Assembly (NCBI GenBank): GCA_049517415.1
Contig: JBEKSC010000037.1
Location: 1-15,873, forward strand
DNA length: 15,873 bases
From: Candidatus Bathyarchaeia archaeon
GTDB lineage: Archaea; Thermoproteota; Bathyarchaeia; 40CM-2-53-6
Reading direction: 5' to 3'
Shown: positions 1 to 7,382 of the stretch, one piece after another
How positions within the stretch are numbered: position 1 is the stretch's first letter
How the letters are laid out: every line of letters starts with the position of its first letter
Notes under the pieces: model-generated
Database searches by the model: none
What the model saw: only the letters and a program-made list of their open reading frames with translations
Told to the model about the DNA's origin: nothing
Program-made: the position numbers and the translations under genes

Positions 1-1
1 G

Positions 2-931
2 TTAGTTCTCTTCTCAGCTAGTATCCTCAGAGTCAACGCTCAGACCACGACGATCGTTGACCTCCACTATCCTTCCCAAGTTGTGCTGCAGAACGGAGTG
101 GCTCAAGCGATTGTCACGTTTATTGTGGCTTACGGCGGGCTTCCATCGGGTGACGCGATAGTCTTCGCCGTAGTTTCGTTAGGCCCAATCCCAAGCTCTA
201 CGGGTATAGACGGATCGGGCAGCTCGACGCCTGACTCATGTCTGTCCTCGTGGGCCGGACAAAGTTGGCCTGGTAAGGCAGCGTGTGCTGTTGTTCCAAG
301 CTCAAGCTCAGGAACCGAATCCGTCACGTTAACAATCAAATCAGCCGCTTCGCCTCAACAGTACACTCTCGAGGTTATGGCTATTATCGTGGGTCCGTCG
401 GTTCCGTATAGCCCGATCAGCAGTTCAATGAGCCATCAGGTGTTCACGATCACCGTGGTTACAGCAGCCACGGATTGGGCGGTTCTTTCGGTTTCGTTGA
501 GTCCTTCTGCTCCGAATGTTGGTGACCCGGTAACATTCAGTATGGTGGTGACCGCGCTCTCGTCTACAGGATCATTTCCTCAGAGCTTCTCTGCACTTTG
601 CCAGATAGACGGAGTATCCTGTGGTGGTGGGTCCCTCTCCTACCCTGGACCAATGGGTACTCCTTTCACCGTAAGCACGCAAACGCCTTGGATTGCGACG
701 CCTGGTACGCACACATTGACCTGGGGAGTCGCGACGATTCCAGTGGATCTTGACCCGAATAAGAGTAACAATGCGATGAGCAAGAGCTTCACGGTTGCGC
801 CGCAGGTTTCCATATCGTCCACGACCACACCCGAATACCAGAACTATGTGCTGCCACTCATCGCATCTTTCGCATTAGTGATAATCATCCTCGCCAAGAA
901 AACGGGGAATGCGCCACACCAAGTAGTTTAG
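2..931 (+). CDS. Secreted cell-surface protein with CARDB/Ig-like domain and C-terminal membrane anchor (5'-partial)
   Basis: The frame is open from base 2 (LVLFSASILRVNAQTTT..., signal-peptide-like), so the start lies upstream of the window. It is Ser/Thr/Pro-rich, with CARDB-like 'DWAVLSVSLSPSAPNVGDPVTF...PGTHTL...DPNKSNN'. The tail is TPEY + hydrophobic helix + KK, resembling PEF-CTERM sorting signals. Confidence 0.75.
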   Translation, partial: LVLFSASILRVNAQTTTIVDLHYPSQVVLQNGVAQAIVTFIVAYGGLPSGDAIVFAVVSLGPIPSSTGIDGSGSSTPDSCLSSWAGQSWPGKAACAVVPSSSSGTESVTLTIKSAASPQQYTLEVMAIIVGPSVPYSPISSSMSHQVFTITVVTAATDWAVLSVSLSPSAPNVGDPVTFSMVVTALSSTGSFPQSFSALCQIDGVSCGGGSLSYPGPMGTPFTVSTQTPWIATPGTHTLTWGVATIPVDLDPNKSNNAMSKSFTVAPQVSISSTTTPEYQNYVLPLIASFALVIIILAKKTGNAPHQVV

Positions 932-1020
932 GTGTGTGACCGTCCAAAGTTGAACCGTCGTCCGTCGTCGTGCACGTAATTTGTGTGTGTGCGCACCACC
1001 ATACCCACCCACACACAAAA
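930..1020. repeat. Cassette-boundary element A: M1 (tRNA-end-like) + M2 (CGTCGTCCGTCGTCG) + M3 (TTTGTGTGTG) + GCACCACC + inverted M3
   Basis: ggtgtgtgaccgtccaaagttgaacc-gtcgtccgtcgtcg...tttgtgtgtg...gcaccacc...cacacacaaaa, overlapping the stop codon of the upstream gene. Confidence 0.8.
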
Positions 1021-1092
1021 CAATGACGTATGGTAGGGTTGTAAGTCGCCCACAACGAGTATACATCAGTCTGCGGACACTAGGCATCACGA

Positions 1093-2265
1093 GTGGGATC
1101 CGGTACGTCGCTCCTTGTTAAGCCGTTAGACGCAATTGTCGAAGCAGATTTGCAGTCTTTGATTGACAATAAAGTCGCTGAAGCCAAGTCTATCGAATAC
1201 AAATCGCTCTTGCCTGGTCCCACTGATGCTGAGAAAAGGGAATTCCTTTCTGATGTTTCATCGTTTGCTAACACAATAGGGGGGGACATCTTCTACGGAA
1301 TCCTTGAGTCTTCTGGTGTACCTACCGAGCTCAGGGGGATGCAGGTCGAAGACTCTGACGCACTCAAGCTTCGACTTGAAGACATAATGCGACACGGAAT
1401 TCAACCAAGAATAGCTGGCATTGCGTTACACGTCGTGCCCCTGCAATCCTCAGCCAAGGTAGTGATAATTCGTATTCCTAGAAGTTGGGCAGCACCACAT
1501 ATGGTTTCCTTCCAGAACTACTCTAGGTTCTTTGGCCGCAACTCAGCGGGAAAATACCAGCTTGATGTTACTGAAATTAGAGCTGCTTTCCTTCTTTCCG
1601 AGAATGCGTCAGAACGAATACGAGGATTTCGTGCTGATCGATTGGTTCGAATCCGTTCTGGCGATACTCCCGTACCATTGAAAGAGGGCGCCAAAATCGT
1701 ATTTCACATGATCCCACTAGGGGCTCTGGAAAGACCGACTAGCTTGAGTGTAGCTTCCTTGAAAGCAGTAGACTTGCAGCCTATGGCCGTCTCAAGCTGG
1801 AGCTATCGGTTAAATTTCGATGGAGCCCTTGGTTATTCACACCAATCATATCTTCAGGTATTTCGAAATGGTGTGCTAGAATCGGTGGAAGGGCTGCTTC
1901 TAGACGACGGTAAGATTCCATGTATAGCTTACGAGAAGGAACTGCTGGACGTGTTGTCTCAATATTTCTCAATCGGAAAGAGAATTGGAGTCGATCCCCC
2001 TAGTCTGGTGATGCTCAGCTTACTCGGCGTACGAGGATATACTATGGCTACCGGTCAGCCCTTCTCAGGGGAGGATCGGCATCAGATCGATAGACAGGAC
2101 CTTTTGGCGCCGCCCGCAATAATTGAGGATTACCAGTGCGATCCGCCAGAGGTGATGAGGCCCGCATTTGATTCAATCTGGAATGCCTGTGGATATCCTC
2201 GATCATTAAACTACGACAAGTCCGGAAAATGGGTGGGAATAGATAGGGTCAGCTCAACTAGCTGA
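1093..2265 (+). CDS. Schlafen/AlbA_2-domain protein (putative nuclease / nucleic-acid-binding)
   Basis: N-terminal 'EAKSIEYKS...EFLSDVSSFANTIGGDIFYGILE...VVIIRIPRS..APHMV...FFGRNSAG' is the AlbA_2 pattern; 390 aa. Confidence 0.85.
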   Translation: MGSGTSLLVKPLDAIVEADLQSLIDNKVAEAKSIEYKSLLPGPTDAEKREFLSDVSSFANTIGGDIFYGILESSGVPTELRGMQVEDSDALKLRLEDIMRHGIQPRIAGIALHVVPLQSSAKVVIIRIPRSWAAPHMVSFQNYSRFFGRNSAGKYQLDVTEIRAAFLLSENASERIRGFRADRLVRIRSGDTPVPLKEGAKIVFHMIPLGALERPTSLSVASLKAVDLQPMAVSSWSYRLNFDGALGYSHQSYLQVFRNGVLESVEGLLLDDGKIPCIAYEKELLDVLSQYFSIGKRIGVDPPSLVMLSLLGVRGYTMATGQPFSGEDRHQIDRQDLLAPPAIIEDYQCDPPEVMRPAFDSIWNACGYPRSLNYDKSGKWVGIDRVSSTS

Positions 2266-2300
2266 ATCATTGACAGCCTAGTCCTTTTGTTCGTTTCGTT

Positions 2301-2345
2301 TTTAGTGCGTGTGGTACTAATGGTGCGGGCAACCAAATTTGAACC
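2301..2345. repeat. Cassette-boundary element B: M3-N7-M1
   Basis: tttagtgcgtgtg-gtactaa-tggtgcgggcaaccaaatttgaacc, between two convergent stop codons. Confidence 0.8.
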
Positions 2346-2354
2346 GCTGAATCG

Positions 2355-3011
2355 TCAGTTGATCGGCGCGACGACTTTCTCGGCGATGTGAACTTTCGTC
2401 GATAACAATACCGACTTGCTGGTCACGTAACGTAGTCTCGCTCTCTCAAAGAGTGTCTGATATTCGATTGTTGAGTACAATTTCACATGAGCTGGTTCTT
2501 TCTTCTTGGCCAGTCTATCGAACATTCGTGTCATAAGCCCGTCTGCCGTCATGTCGAGGACATAGATTCTCCCGTTGGGCTTCAAGACTCGGTAGACCTC
2601 TCCAAGAACCTTGTCAGGACTGAAGTAATGATGAAACGAATTAGAGCAAATGACAAGGTCAAAGAAGTCATTGTCGAAGGGGAGTTCCTCAGCATTGGCT
2701 TTCCGAAAATGAACGTTGCTGTAACTCGTGGACCCTCCTTCCGCCTTCTCAATCATCTTAGATGAAATATCGACACCATAGAATTCTCCTCGTCCATCAG
2801 CCAAGCTGGCTGCGTAGTGCACAGCCCAACCAGTGCCACAGCCCAAGTCCAGAAAGCGGGGATTCCGGCCGAATTCTAAGAGGGAAAACAGTTTCTTTTG
2901 CATCCATCTGAGGTATCTGGACTCAAAGCTAAAGCGTGTATCAAACCAGCTCTCCGCCCTCAAATCCCACAATTCTTCGTTCAGCTTAGCATATTCATCC
3001 GCCTTTCCCAC
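2355..3011 (-). CDS. Class I SAM-dependent methyltransferase (UbiE/Methyltransf_11-like)
   Basis: Motif I FLDLGCGTG, GVDISSKM, AEELPFDNDFFDLV, EVYRVLKPNG. Confidence 0.92.
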   Translation of the reverse strand: MGKADEYAKLNEELWDLRAESWFDTRFSFESRYLRWMQKKLFSLLEFGRNPRFLDLGCGTGWAVHYAASLADGRGEFYGVDISSKMIEKAEGGSTSYSNVHFRKANAEELPFDNDFFDLVICSNSFHHYFSPDKVLGEVYRVLKPNGRIYVLDMTADGLMTRMFDRLAKKKEPAHVKLYSTIEYQTLFERARLRYVTSKSVLLSTKVHIAEKVVAPIN

Positions 3012-3119
3012 GTCTGGTGTTCCCCACTACACTCTCGCAGTGAGGTGTCTCACATTTACTTCTATTGACCGACCTAGCTCAGAATTCTCGCAAATGCTGG
3101 GAGAAAACGCGCCAGGAAC

Positions 3120-3206
3120 TGGTGTGTGGCGTCAGAATTTGAACCGTCGTCGTCCGTCGTCAAATGTGTGTGTGGATATGCTGGTGCGGGCACCTGAAAT
3201 TGAACC
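3120..3206. repeat. Cassette-boundary element C: M1-M2-M3-N7-M1
   Basis: tggtgtgtggcgtcagaatttgaacc-gtcgtcgtccgtcgtc-aaatgtgtgtgtg-gatatgc-tggtgcgggcacctgaaattgaacc. Confidence 0.85.
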
Positions 3207-3258
3207 GTCATTTTAGAGGCGTTTTGATGCCGACTTCCGGTTAGCCCATATTAGCGGA

Positions 3259-3645
3259 GTGGTTATGGGACTGATGCTGATTTTCTTGGAGATTCCAGTT
3301 ACAATTTACACGCTAAACCATCAACTGATCTACGATTTACTTGGAGAGAGTAGGGGAAGTCTAGGTACGCGGAAGCAATTGACAAGTGACTTGGCTGTTA
3401 GGTACGACAGCGCCAAAATTAGAACAGCTTTCGGACTTGCTGAAATGGTTCAGATAACGTTGATCGTAGCCGAAGATATCACTGAAGGAGTTGGGGCGAG
3501 TCTTATCGTCGATTGGCTGCTCAAGAAACTTAACACGAAGGAAGCCCAAGTAACCAAATTAGAAATCGACAAGGTTGCCGTGGAACTTGACGAAGACGAG
3601 ATCAAGAAAGCCGTGTTGGAGAGAATCACGAAGACAAGCCAGTAA
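3259..3645 (+). CDS. Hypothetical protein
   Basis: 128-aa ORF occupying most of the segment between elements C and D; no family recognised; start codon uncertain. Confidence 0.65.
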   Translation: MVMGLMLIFLEIPVTIYTLNHQLIYDLLGESRGSLGTRKQLTSDLAVRYDSAKIRTAFGLAEMVQITLIVAEDITEGVGASLIVDWLLKKLNTKEAQVTKLEIDKVAVELDEDEIKKAVLERITKTSQ

Positions 3646-3743
3646 AGCCCGTCCGGTCGCTTTGAAACTTGAGTCATTTAGGATACTTAGTCGCTATGAG
3701 AAATATGGCATTTTCAAGCATTGTATAGTCCGTCTGAGTGAGT

Positions 3744-3834
3744 TGGTGCGAACCTAGCAATTTGAATCGTCGTCCGTCGTCGTTCATGTAATTTTGTGTG
3801 TGGTACTAGTGGTGTGAGCACCAGAAATTGAACT
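3744..3834. repeat. Cassette-boundary element D: M1-M2-M3-N7-M1
   Basis: tggtgcgaacctagcaatttgaatc-gtcgtccgtcgtcg...ttttgtgtgtg-gtactag-tggtgtgagcaccagaaattgaact. Confidence 0.85.
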
Positions 3835-3910
3835 CAAAAAACTACGTTAACCTTAATCCTATGAGGTAGGCTCAGATGAGTATGCGCGCTCTGATAAAGA
3901 AGCTCGTCGA

Positions 3911-4588
3911 TTATCTTCCTGCTTTTAGTATCTTTTCTCTTCTCTCTTCTCCTTTCTCCTTCTCTTCTCCCTCTTCTCGCTTCTCTTCTTTGTCCTCTTC
4001 TCGTCTCTTTTCTGTTTTCTCCTTCTCTTGCTTCTTGTCTCTTTTCTCTTGTCGCTCCTCTTCTCTGTCCTCTTTCAGTCTATCTGTTCTTGTCGCTTCT
4101 CTTCTCTCTTCTCCTTTCTCCTTCTCTCCCAGTATCTGTAATCTCTCATTGTAAAAGCGAGAAGCTACTTCTAGAACATCTTCGATTCTTTCGCTCACAA
4201 ATTTACAGTCTTCAAGCGTTTTCACAAAGAAAACAACGCGGTCGGTGCGCCCTTCCTTCTCTACTTCTTCCTTCGCTCTCTCCGTCGCTTGTGCGGTCTT
4301 CGACAGGAGGTCCTGCATGACTTTGATGTACCTATCCTTTTCCTCTTGATGTTGAGTGGCTTCGAAGATAGCCTTGTTCACTACCAGTCTATATTTCCAA
4401 ACCGCTTCTTCAAAGTTTTCATCCTTGACACTTTTCTCCGCCTGCTCAATGAGGATCCCGAGGTCCTCTTTGGATATGGCGGCCATCGGATCTAAAGAGA
4501 GGCGTCTTGCGAGAAAATCATACAACTTTTCATCGTCTCCACATAGCTGCCGCAACCAACTTTCCTCTTCCTTCTCTTTTTCCCCCAT
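3911..4588 (-). CDS. Hypothetical alpha-helical protein with E/K/R-rich C-terminal tail
   Basis: 225-aa ORF, ATG start preceded by GGAGAG. The low-complexity charged tail explains the pyrimidine-rich + strand at ~3920-4130. Confidence 0.75.
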   Translation of the reverse strand: MGEKEKEEESWLRQLCGDDEKLYDFLARRLSLDPMAAISKEDLGILIEQAEKSVKDENFEEAVWKYRLVVNKAIFEATQHQEEKDRYIKVMQDLLSKTAQATERAKEEVEKEGRTDRVVFFVKTLEDCKFVSERIEDVLEVASRFYNERLQILGEKEKGEERREATRTDRLKEDREEERQEKRDKKQEKEKTEKRREEDKEEKREEGEEKEKGEERREKILKAGR

Positions 4589-4660
4589 GAGCAGTCTCTC
4601 CGGTTTATAGCACGAGTCTATTCCTTCTTATCTCTTCTGGGGGATTCCTCTCCAACCATT

Positions 4661-5011
4661 CCTAATGGAGCTAAGGAGAAAATCATTGGAGTGCTGGAGG
4701 CACGGTTCAACGAACAAGTACCCTACAAGGGTGAACGTCTGACGTGGTGTTCGGTGATTTCGGAGGAATGCGATGAGCTAGGCCGCTACTTGGTGGGCAA
4801 GTCTAGAACGATCGACTTCATGGAGCCTTCCCCAACTTTAGAGCGATTCGACAATAGGCGGTTGCGTTCTAAGATTTCCTCATTGAATGCCTCGGAAGCT
4901 AGACGTGTTGGCATTCCGAAACAAAGCCTTCAAGACTTGAAGGTGAAAGTTAGAAGCCCACAACCATTCAAACTACACGATGAGACCATGCGGAAATTGC
5001 TAGCAGTCTAG
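4661..5011 (+). pseudogene. cas1: Casposase (Cas1-solo) C-terminal remnant with HTH-like tail
   Basis: In-frame PNGAKEKIIGVLEARFNEQVPYKGERLTWCSVISEECDELGRYLVGKSRTIDFMEPSPTLERFDNRRLRSKISSL...GIPKQSL...PFKL resembles, from memory, the C-terminus of archaeal casposon Cas1. The N-terminal catalytic region is absent. Confidence 0.7.
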
Positions 5012-5026
5012 ATTCATTTAGCCAAG

Positions 5027-5822
5027 TCAAAGCAGGAGAGTGGCGCTCCTCCATAGACCTTCAAAGATATCCTTCATGATATCATAACTCTCGATGCGCA
5101 GCAGATATGTGGGCTTCATACCCGCATGCCTTATTGATTGGCCAAATACCCAACATGAGTCATCCACAAATGCGAATCTGTCATGACAATCGGTGGTTTT
5201 CCTCACTTCAAAATTGACTTCGGGTTTCTGTTTGAATTTCTGAGCTACCGTGACGAAGTTTGAGCTCGGACTCTTGGTGAGTATCCTAATGCTTACACCA
5301 TGCTGAACTTTGGTCCAAGTAGAGGTTCAGCACGTCCTCGCTTGCATATGCATCTGCGATCGCAAGCTCATTCGCAGCAGTTTGAACGAGTCTTAGGAAA
5401 TCCTTGTAGAAATCGTAAGGCGATGCTTTGGAGTAAATTCTTTCTTCAAAGGTGAACCCCCTAACAGCTGCCACACTTCTCGCATAGATTTCAGGAGGAA
5501 CCTTCATTCTCATATCCTTCTTGCTTCGGTTCAGGATATCAAGAACATACTTCGAGATCGGGGGATAGTCCGGTCTGTCGAATTCTGTTGTGTACACGGA
5601 ATACTCTATGATTGCGTCAATTAGCGAATTCATGACACGCCGGTAACCTATCGGGTAATTCCGTATTTCTGGAACAAGGTAACGTCCGACATTGTAAACA
5701 AAACTGGCGAGCGCACGCTGTCGGGCTGTTGTACCATATCTGTTGCGTTGGCGTGCCATTCGTAGTCGTAAGAGTTGCTGTCTGAATTCCGCATAACTTT
5801 GCTTGCCCTTTTTGAGAGACAT
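5027..5822 (-). pseudogene. Frameshifted gene with C-terminal PLD-like (HDRF-type) nuclease domain
   Basis: ORF 5822-5286 (...IADAYASEDVLNLYLD) continues after one extra base near 5312 as KVQHGVSIRILT...CHDRFAFVDDSCWVFGQSIRHAG...LWRSATLLL*, stop at 5027-5029. Confidence 0.75.
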
Positions 5823-5865
5823 GGTTCACACGAGTGACCTTACGTAGAGAGCTGGATGCCTTTGA

Positions 5866-5919
5866 ATGTGTGTGCACCACCAGACCAATCTCTAAGAACA
5901 AGGATGGTCACACACAAAA
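5866..5919. repeat. Cassette-boundary element E: M3 + GCACCACC + inverted M3
   Basis: atgtgtgtgcaccacc...ggtcacacacaaaa, same layout as the right half of element A. Confidence 0.7.
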
Positions 5920-5924
5920 GCTCT

Positions 5925-6689
5925 TCAGATCAAATTCTCAACAAACTCAAGTAGAACTTTCATGACATCGAGCTCTCTAGCAAGAACTTCCTGACAGTAT
6001 GGTGCAAGTTCGCGTTTCTTTTCATAAGTGAACGATGTCTCGCTAGGATTATCTGGAAGCATGAACAGGTTGATCTCAGTCGCCATACTCGGAGTATGAC
6101 TGAATCGTACTCGTGGACGGATTGCCGAGTGATGAGTAACAAAGTTTCTGTATTGCCGAAATTCGTAAATCCATCCTGTGTCGCAATCTTTCTTTAGTTC
6201 GGCGATCAGTGATCCTTCGAAGGGGCTTCTTGAGCTAGCTAGAAAATTCAATACAGTTGTGAAATACACGTTGCGTTTGTCGATCGCAGTTTCAACCAAC
6301 ATGGCGATTATTCCGCCGACAATGTCTAAAGCAGAATATGCAAAATAAAAGAAAAGATCTTCATAAAAGATGAAATCTTCCGGAATAGGGTCCATCAGGC
6401 CACGCATGGAGGCATCAATAGATCCCGTGTATTTTCCATATACTTTCAAAATATATTCCAGACCTCTAGCCGCCCAGCGCAGCTTGTAAAGGACTGATTC
6501 CATTCTGTAGGCAAAATCTCTTAGGTCGACAACAATTTCGTATCTTGTCTTGAAGCTCTGCTCAAAGTGGTTACTCGATCGATCCTTAACCTTGAAGGCT
6601 ATGCTGTTGTATGGTGTGAGCATTTCATCCCATTTTGTATGAATTATCTCTGGAAGATCGAGCCTTGTCTTGGGTGTTGAGTCGACCAA
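5925..6689 (-). CDS. HEPN-domain protein (Cthe_2314-like), putative RNase
   Basis: Helical 254-aa protein with 'FFYFAYSALDIVG' and the Rx4H motif 'YRNFVTHH'. Confidence 0.7.
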   Translation of the reverse strand: MVDSTPKTRLDLPEIIHTKWDEMLTPYNSIAFKVKDRSSNHFEQSFKTRYEIVVDLRDFAYRMESVLYKLRWAARGLEYILKVYGKYTGSIDASMRGLMDPIPEDFIFYEDLFFYFAYSALDIVGGIIAMLVETAIDKRNVYFTTVLNFLASSRSPFEGSLIAELKKDCDTGWIYEFRQYRNFVTHHSAIRPRVRFSHTPSMATEINLFMLPDNPSETSFTYEKKRELAPYCQEVLARELDVMKVLLEFVENLI

Positions 6690-6810
6690 TCATGAAGCCT
6701 CTGCATCTTGCGGTGGTATGACTTGATCAATTGAGCCTATCGGAGAGAGTCAAACGAAAATATCTATCGCTGACCTTGACCGCCTAAATCATGGAGATCA
6801 TGGAAAGTCG

Positions 6811-6878
6811 CTTTGTGTGTGACTCCGTTGGTGCAGGCAAGCGAATTTGAACCGGCCGTTCGTAGTTTGCGTGTGTGG
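6811..6878. repeat. Cassette-boundary element F: M3-N7-M1 followed by degenerate M2-M3
   Basis: ctttgtgtgtg-actccgt-tggtgcaggcaagcgaatttgaacc-ggccgttcgtag-tttgcgtgtgtgg. Confidence 0.8.
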
Positions 6879-6899
6879 TGTGTGTGCTGCGTGTAGGTG

Positions 6900-6973
6900 T
6901 GGGAGAGAGAGTATAGGGGAATAGAAGAATATGAAAAGAATGGGGCGTTAGCTAGGGCAGAAGAGAAGGGGGG
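6900..6973 (-). terminator. Pyrimidine-rich tract on the minus strand, possible archaeal terminator/trailer
   Basis: The + strand is strongly purine-rich here (gggagagagag...gaagagaaggggg), directly downstream of the minus-strand CCA at 6980. Confidence 0.35.
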
Positions 6974-6978
6974 TATCA

Positions 6979-6993
6979 ATGGTGCGGCCGCCG
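6979..6993 (-). repeat. 15-bp exact copy of the tRNA-Gly 3' end (att/TSD-like direct repeat of 13442-13456)
   Basis: atggtgcggccgccg occurs at 6979-6993 and 13442-13456. Confidence 0.85.
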
Positions 6994-7295
6994 AGAACCA
7001 TGATTCAAACGTGGTTCCCACGGTTCGGCCTAGGTCACAAATCTCAGACAATCATAGAATAGTAACTGCAGACATTTTTGCTTTGTTGTGAATTCAAATC
7101 CCGCCGAATCCGATCCATTTTCACTCCGAGATTTCGTCGGAGACATCGGAACGCTGGCCTGACCCGTCCAGTCCTTCTCAGTTCCGACGGCACAGTGATC
7201 TGGATCAACGCAAACGGATACTCAGAAGGAACAGCATCCGAGCTGCTCCCACGACGATTAGTCGTGAAACAAGTACCCCTCTAGGATGATGCCGC
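6980..7295 (-). ncRNA. Candidate structured RNA ending in a tRNA-like acceptor strand and CCA
   Basis: About six abutting helices in an intergenic region. It starts GCGGC and ends CGGCCGC-A-CCA, and the last hairpin has the T-loop-like loop TTTGAAT. Confidence 0.45.
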
Positions 7296-7382
7296 AAAGT
7301 ATCTGCGAGAAGTTCCTTGATTCATAGATCGGAATGGCGCTACTCTGTTGTACGAGGTTTTCGTTGCGAGAGCTTTAGAATA

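Noticed and set aside
3876..4154. Ser/Phe/Leu-rich + strand ORF and CT-rich tract
   Set aside because: This is the antisense shadow of the E/K/R-rich tail of 3911-4588.
930..6878. CRISPR array
   Set aside because: The repeats are degenerate and mostly separated by gene-sized distances, and the short inter-repeat segments are conserved rather than unique spacers.
6995..7026. Group II intron domain V-like hairpin (GAACCGTG...CATGGTTC)
   Set aside because: There is no GNRA-capped upper stem with AC bulge, no domain VI and no RT gene.
7057..7111. tmRNA resemblance (minus-strand GGATTCGGCGGGATTTG; plus-strand TAACT-GCA...ADIFALL*)
   Set aside because: The two hints lie on opposite strands, the acceptor end is Gly-like with no Ala G3:U70 pair, and the order of elements does not fit tmRNA.
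6764..7284. Short ORFs 6764-7051, 6897-7091 and 7078-7284
   Set aside because: They have no recognisable protein features and overlap repeats and the structured region.
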